Below, piece by piece: positions 59,340 through 64,000 of a stretch of 64,000 nucleotides of DNA. The position numbers and the translations under genes are program-made. Source of the stretch: an uncultured Desulfosarcina sp. (GTDB lineage Bacteria > Desulfobacterota > Desulfobacteria > Desulfobacterales > Desulfosarcinaceae); assembly GCA_963674945.2 (NCBI GenBank), contig CAXXWQ010000004.1, positions 1,440,001 through 1,504,000 of the forward strand. Direction: 5' to 3'. Positions within the stretch are counted from its first letter, which is position 1. Every line of letters begins with the position of its first letter. The notes under the pieces were generated by a model that worked only from the letters and a program-made list of their open reading frames with translations, made no database searches and was not told the DNA's origin.

Positions 59340-62300
59340 TTATTCGCGCCCCGATGTTCCGGCCATGACGGACTTTCCCACCTCCCTGCCGATAACGGTG
59401 TCAAATGCCAACCGCACCGGATCGGGAAAGGGCGTGGCCACAGGCCGGTTCTGACCGTCCCGCGTCACCCAGACGGCCCGGTGAAAGCCGTAGGCGATCT
59501 TCACCGACGATCCGTCCGGTTCCAGGCGGAAGTAATCCACGTGAAAGGTGACGCTGCAACTTCTCAGCTCCTTGACGGCCAGGGTGAGCTTGATCCGATC
59601 GAAGGGCATGGCCTCGCGCAGGTGGTCCACGCGGCTCTCCAGGGCCAGCAGCTCTCCCTTCTCACCGATTCCGCCGAAGTAGTCGGGAATCAGATCGTAG
59701 AAGAATCGGTCCCGGATCTGCCCCTGCCAGTCGTAGTAATTGGCATAGTAGATATTGCCCACCAGGTTGGCGTGGGCCAGGGTGGTGTCGAAGACCTGTT
59801 CCCTCACGATGGCGCGAATCACCGGTCCCGGGGGGGCCAGATAGAGGATGGGATCATCGTCCGATTCAAGCAGGTGTGCCATGGATTCCTCCATGGGCGC
59901 GGGGATATCGGGCGCATCGAAACGCGGGCACATGTCCTCGATGAAATGCCCGTAGTAGGTTGGATAAGGGGCGACCCTGGCCTTTCCCGGACCCAGTATC
60001 TCCACCCAGGTGGTCTGAAGACGGCAAAAGGCGAGACGTTTGCGGCCACCATCCTTTCCCATTTTTCGAAAATCATAGGAAAGCGTCATGGTGGAATTCT
60101 CGGGCCCGCTGTTGTCACTCACCCACATGAGAATTTCCACCTGGTCGCTGGTGGCACCCTCCCCTACTATCTTCAGGTGGCCATAGTTGGTCACCCCGCC
60201 CCATCGGCCGCTGGCGAACTGATCCGACATCTGGGCCAGGACCGGCCAGGCAGAGGCTTCCCGGGTGTTACCCATCCATTTGATGAAGTTGGAAAAGTAG
60301 ATGGTCCGGCTCAAATTGGCGCTGGGCTGGAAGGTGACCGGCAGCCGCTGGACGAACACCAGCTGCCCCTGGGGTCCACCCTCGATCATCTCGAAGGGGC
60401 GGACCTCGTACAAGGGTTCGTATCCCGGATAGTCGGCGGTCAAAAGGTGCGCCGGCACCCGGGGCGCCGCCTTCTCGGCGGTCGTGGTAGTAACGGCCAG
60501 AATCTGCGGCCTGCCCCAGGTCAGACGAATGGCCAGGGTGAGAATCTGTAGGGCGGAACCTTCGGCGTCGGTGACTTCAAAAAGAACGGCCGTCCCTTTT
60601 TTTTTCACGATCCGAAGGGTATCTGAAGAGACGACACCGATCTTGCCCAAGGTTTCGGTGGCGGCCCAGACGCGGGTACCGGCGGTATCCAGATCTTCTA
60701 TGGATTCGGCGAGTTCATCCAGAAGCCGGGCCCGATCCGGTCCCAGCAGACCTATCCACGCGTCTTTCTCCCTCGAGGTAATAGCGGCCAGGTCACACCC
60801 CATTGGACCGGGACCGACCGAACAGAGACAGGTCCGGTCCTCATGGGTCAACGACAGGTCCAGCACGCCACCGGCGATATTGGCGACGGCCGGTTTACCC
60901 GTCTCTTCCCAGTGGACGGCCAATGAAGCGGATGGGACATCGTACTTGTCGGCGGCCTCCTGCAGCGCCTTTTCCAGCAGGGGCATCTCGAGATCCCGTC
61001 GCCGGTCCCTGGTCTGGTCGTGAATTCCCACGATGGTGGCCAGATCCACGAAAGGTGTTGTCACGGCAAGATCGTTTCCGGCCGCATCCAGCGCCTGCCG
61101 AACCATCTGCCGGTCCCGCTCCTCTGGTCGGATCAGATCGGCCACCGTCGGGTAGTGATCGTGGTGCTTGAGAATTCGAAGACGATAGCCGGAGAGTTCG
61201 GCCCGGATCGATCCGTCCTCACCAACTGCCGTCACTTTGTAAATCAGGTCCCGGTCATCCTGCTCCATCAGTTCAACGCGCACGTTTGCCGATTTACCGC
61301 CGTCGAAGAATTCGGGGAAAAGATCCATGCAATCGATGGATACGGGAAGGCTGGTATCCTGGGGTACCAAGAGGGCCGCGCTCTGCAGCATCGTATCGGT
61401 GAAGAAGGGATCACCCAGGCACAACCGGACCGAAGGGTGTTTCCCGAAGGCCTGGCCCACCAGTCGATCCTTTGGAGTCAGGCGGCTGGTGAGCAGTGCC
61501 GTTCCGGTCCGTTCACCGGATTGTTGGATTTGCCAGACCCTTTCGATGCCCTGGAACCGGGGACCTTGGAACAAGAGCGTGGGACGGTACAGATCCGTCT
61601 CGGGGACCAGCGGCAAGGGTTCATCGGGCAGTTCCATGACGGCTGCCGGCGCCGTTTCCCCTGCCTCGAAGGCAAAGGAGGCGGAGAAAAAGTCGGAAGC
61701 AACACCGGTATCCTGCTTGACGATACCGGCGTGAATCGTGGTCCGCCCATCGCCATCTGCCTCGGATATGATGGCATGGATGGTGATGTCGGCTCCCGAT
61801 TCGGCATCCACGGTGATGGGCCGGAGAAGACGAATATCCCGGATCTGCATCCGCACCGGCTTCTTTTGTTCGGTAAGGTAAAACACCGCTTCGGCCATGG
61901 CCTCCAGGCCGAATACCGTCGGGAAGAGATATGACCCTTGAAAATGGTGATCCTTGAGATAAAGATCGCTTTCGAGGGATAGATGGGCGGAAAAAACCGC
62001 CTCCACCCCCGGCGTCAGATGAATAAGCCGTTCCAGAAACCGCCAAGCCCGGGGCGGGTCGGGAATTGTCTGGCGCCACGTGTCCAGTCCCCCCAGACGG
62101 GCGGTCACCACCACCTGGCGATGGCCCGGGTCGTGGGTGAAGAGTCTAAGAAATCGGTCCACACCCATATCGGTGGGAATGGCGTCGATGCCCCTGTCCC
62201 GAAGCAGGGCCACGCTTCCCATGCGTGCCCCCATCCCTTCGTCCCGCCAGATGCTGTAGGCGACATTGAGGATCTGGGTTTGGGGATGGACGGCATGAAA

Positions 62301-64000
62301 CCCTCGCAGGAGGATGTCCATTACCTCGTTGGAAAAGCCGTACCAACCGTTTCCGGGCATGCCGGTGAGGCCGATGATGGATCCGAGCCCCACGATGAGC
62401 TTTGGCGGGTTCCCGTGAAGCGGATCGAGCAGGTGAAGCAATCCCAGCACCTTGGGGGCGGTTTCTGCAAATGCCTGTTCGGGAACGACCTGTCCGGTCA
62501 ATCGTGGCCGGTTGAGGCCGGCACCGTGGATAATCCCGGTCACCGTTCCAAACTTTTCGGTGACCTGGCGCAGCATATTTTCGACCTGGCTTCGATTTGT
62601 CACATCACAGGAAAAGTAGGCTGCCGTCAGGCCGAGATCCACATACTGGTCTAAAACATCGCGGATCTCTCGACTGGCCGGTTCGTCCGGCGCCTCTTCG
62701 GGAAAAGAGGTCCTCCCCACCAATGCCATGGTCACACCGGTATGGCGCGCCACGGCCAGGGCGCAGGCGGCCGTGATCCCCTTGGCGCCGCCGGTAACGA
62801 GGATGACGTCCTTTCCTGTCCAACGAATATCGCGCACTTTTGCATCCGCAGGCTGTACGAGATGGGGAATGGGGATTCGGCGGGTCTGGTCCAGATCGTA
62901 TCCCACGGCGGCGTAACTCTCCTGGGTGAAGATTTCGGCCAGGGTCTCCCAGGCGATGATCTCTGGCGACAGGGCGGAACTGAAATCCACGACACGAACC
63001 CGAAGGTCCCCCCGTTCCAGATGAAGACTCGCTCCCAGCGCCATGGTTGCGCATCGATCCGCTGTCGCGAATCGTGGGTTCCGCCCGAAAAAACCGCCAC
63101 CGAATTGAATCCAGGCGATGGTGGTGGTCCTTCTGGGAGCTTCGGCCGCCGGCGGCACGCGGGTCAACAGCGACCGCATACGGATCATCCGGTCCAACAT
63201 TGCCGACGGATCCGCGCCTCCGAGGTCGTTTTTGGGCAAGATGGTCACCAAATGAGAAAAGGCCGGATCCTGAACCAAGGCGTCAACATCTTCATGATCC
63301 ATGGCGCACCGCTTGGTAAAAGCGCCGCGATGGAATAAATTAACGTCCAGGGCTTCGGCCACATCCGCCGCGTCTTCGCTGAAGAGAATCAGGAACCGCG
63401 CCTTTTGCAGATCATTCTCCGAGCGCATCCGCCAGTTTTCGGGAAACAGTGGATAGGGTGTCTCCACCATTTCCATGGCGAAGTTGCGCACCCAGGTGGT
63501 ATGGTCATCGGGAACGACCGGCGGTCGCGTCTCTTCGACGCCGGCGACGGCTTCCTGCTGCTGGGCCGCCATCCGGTTCAAGATGGTGCCGATCTCCCGC
63601 AAACTGCATGTGCGCAAAGGCTCGATGTCCAGGTGAGCGGACAGTCCCAAGGCCGTGGCGGTGCTCACCACCAGGTCCTGGAGCTTGTCCGGCCCCAGGT
63701 GAAGATCTTTTTCCACCAAAAGGTCCGGATCTAGGGTGTCCATGGGAAAACCGGTGATTCGGGCGGCCTGGACGCGCAACTCGGTCATCGCATCCAAAGG
63801 GGGGGCCACCTGGATTTCGGGTTCCATGGCCATGGCAATTTGATCCACGACCTGGGCCAGGCTTGCGTTGGCAAGCCCCGGGACCTCCAACCGATCGGAC
63901 ACACCGGTCTTGTTGGCCAACCACACGATCAGGTCTCCGGCCTTGATGGAATCCAGGTTCAGATCATCCAGGAGGCGAAAGGACAATTCGATGCTTTCGG
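59340..64000 (-). CDS. Enediyne-PKS-like iterative type I PKS, 3' part: ACP-ACP*-KR-DH-PPTase-TE-TE (runs off the window)
   Basis: Frame open to the window edge; LLDDLNLDSI (ACP); LVTGGAKGIT...WYGFSN (KR); DHHFQGSYLFP (DH); MGCD...RVWAATETLGK (PPTase-like); two hot-dog TE motifs. Confidence 0.88.
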   Translation of the reverse strand, partial: ESIELSFRLLDDLNLDSIKAGDLIVWLANKTGVSDRLEVPGLANASLAQVVDQIAMAMEPEIQVAPPLDAMTELRVQAARITGFPMDTLDPDLLVEKDLHLGPDKLQDLVVSTATALGLSAHLDIEPLRTCSLREIGTILNRMAAQQQEAVAGVEETRPPVVPDDHTTWVRNFAMEMVETPYPLFPENWRMRSENDLQKARFLILFSEDAADVAEALDVNLFHRGAFTKRCAMDHEDVDALVQDPAFSHLVTILPKNDLGGADPSAMLDRMIRMRSLLTRVPPAAEAPRRTTTIAWIQFGGGFFGRNPRFATADRCATMALGASLHLERGDLRVRVVDFSSALSPEIIAWETLAEIFTQESYAAVGYDLDQTRRIPIPHLVQPADAKVRDIRWTGKDVILVTGGAKGITAACALAVARHTGVTMALVGRTSFPEEAPDEPASREIRDVLDQYVDLGLTAAYFSCDVTNRSQVENMLRQVTEKFGTVTGIIHGAGLNRPRLTGQVVPEQAFAETAPKVLGLLHLLDPLHGNPPKLIVGLGSIIGLTGMPGNGWYGFSNEVMDILLRGFHAVHPQTQILNVAYSIWRDEGMGARMGSVALLRDRGIDAIPTDMGVDRFLRLFTHDPGHRQVVVTARLGGLDTWRQTIPDPPRAWRFLERLIHLTPGVEAVFSAHLSLESDLYLKDHHFQGSYLFPTVFGLEAMAEAVFYLTEQKKPVRMQIRDIRLLRPITVDAESGADITIHAIISEADGDGRTTIHAGIVKQDTGVASDFFSASFAFEAGETAPAAVMELPDEPLPLVPETDLYRPTLLFQGPRFQGIERVWQIQQSGERTGTALLTSRLTPKDRLVGQAFGKHPSVRLCLGDPFFTDTMLQSAALLVPQDTSLPVSIDCMDLFPEFFDGGKSANVRVELMEQDDRDLIYKVTAVGEDGSIRAELSGYRLRILKHHDHYPTVADLIRPEERDRQMVRQALDAAGNDLAVTTPFVDLATIVGIHDQTRDRRRDLEMPLLEKALQEAADKYDVPSASLAVHWEETGKPAVANIAGGVLDLSLTHEDRTCLCSVGPGPMGCDLAAITSREKDAWIGLLGPDRARLLDELAESIEDLDTAGTRVWAATETLGKIGVVSSDTLRIVKKKGTAVLFEVTDAEGSALQILTLAIRLTWGRPQILAVTTTTAEKAAPRVPAHLLTADYPGYEPLYEVRPFEMIEGGPQGQLVFVQRLPVTFQPSANLSRTIYFSNFIKWMGNTREASAWPVLAQMSDQFASGRWGGVTNYGHLKIVGEGATSDQVEILMWVSDNSGPENSTMTLSYDFRKMGKDGGRKRLAFCRLQTTWVEILGPGKARVAPYPTYYGHFIEDMCPRFDAPDIPAPMEESMAHLLESDDDPILYLAPPGPVIRAIVREQVFDTTLAHANLVGNIYYANYYDWQGQIRDRFFYDLIPDYFGGIGEKGELLALESRVDHLREAMPFDRIKLTLAVKELRSCSVTFHVDYFRLEPDGSSVKIAYGFHRAVWVTRDGQNRPVATPFPDPVRLAFDTVIGREVGKSVMAGTSGRE

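Overview
GC-rich bacterial chromosome segment; the gene content suggests a sulfate-reducing Desulfobacterales-type anaerobe (inference). Housekeeping genes: citrate synthase, dnaK, two moeA paralogues, archease+rtcB, uppP, cold-shock protein, PPIase and the purine-salvage trio PNP/MtaD/Ade. There are three redox modules. (1) A probably periplasmic aldehyde:ferredoxin-oxidoreductase-family operon with an octaheme cytochrome, a split-Soret-type cytochrome c whose in-frame TGA and downstream hairpin point to selenocysteine, and an outer-membrane barrel. (2) A sigma54-controlled DUF3373-like/DsrE-like/octaheme OTR-family/cytochrome b cluster. (3) NuoE-DRTGG-NuoF next to an RnfB-GltD fusion and RseC, with no hydrogenase or FDH catalytic subunit. 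Mobile DNA: a 2456-bp DDE IS with a 5-bp TSD inside a cardiolipin synthase gene, an IS66 element, four kinds of intergenic palindromic repeat, and a group II intron with a deleted RT that sits exactly in one arm of a palindromic repeat (EBS1 CAAAGA matches IBS1 UCUUUG). The window ends in an enediyne-PKS-like iterative PKS with two hot-dog thioesterases fused at its C-terminus. All calls come from reading motifs by eye; no database searches were run.
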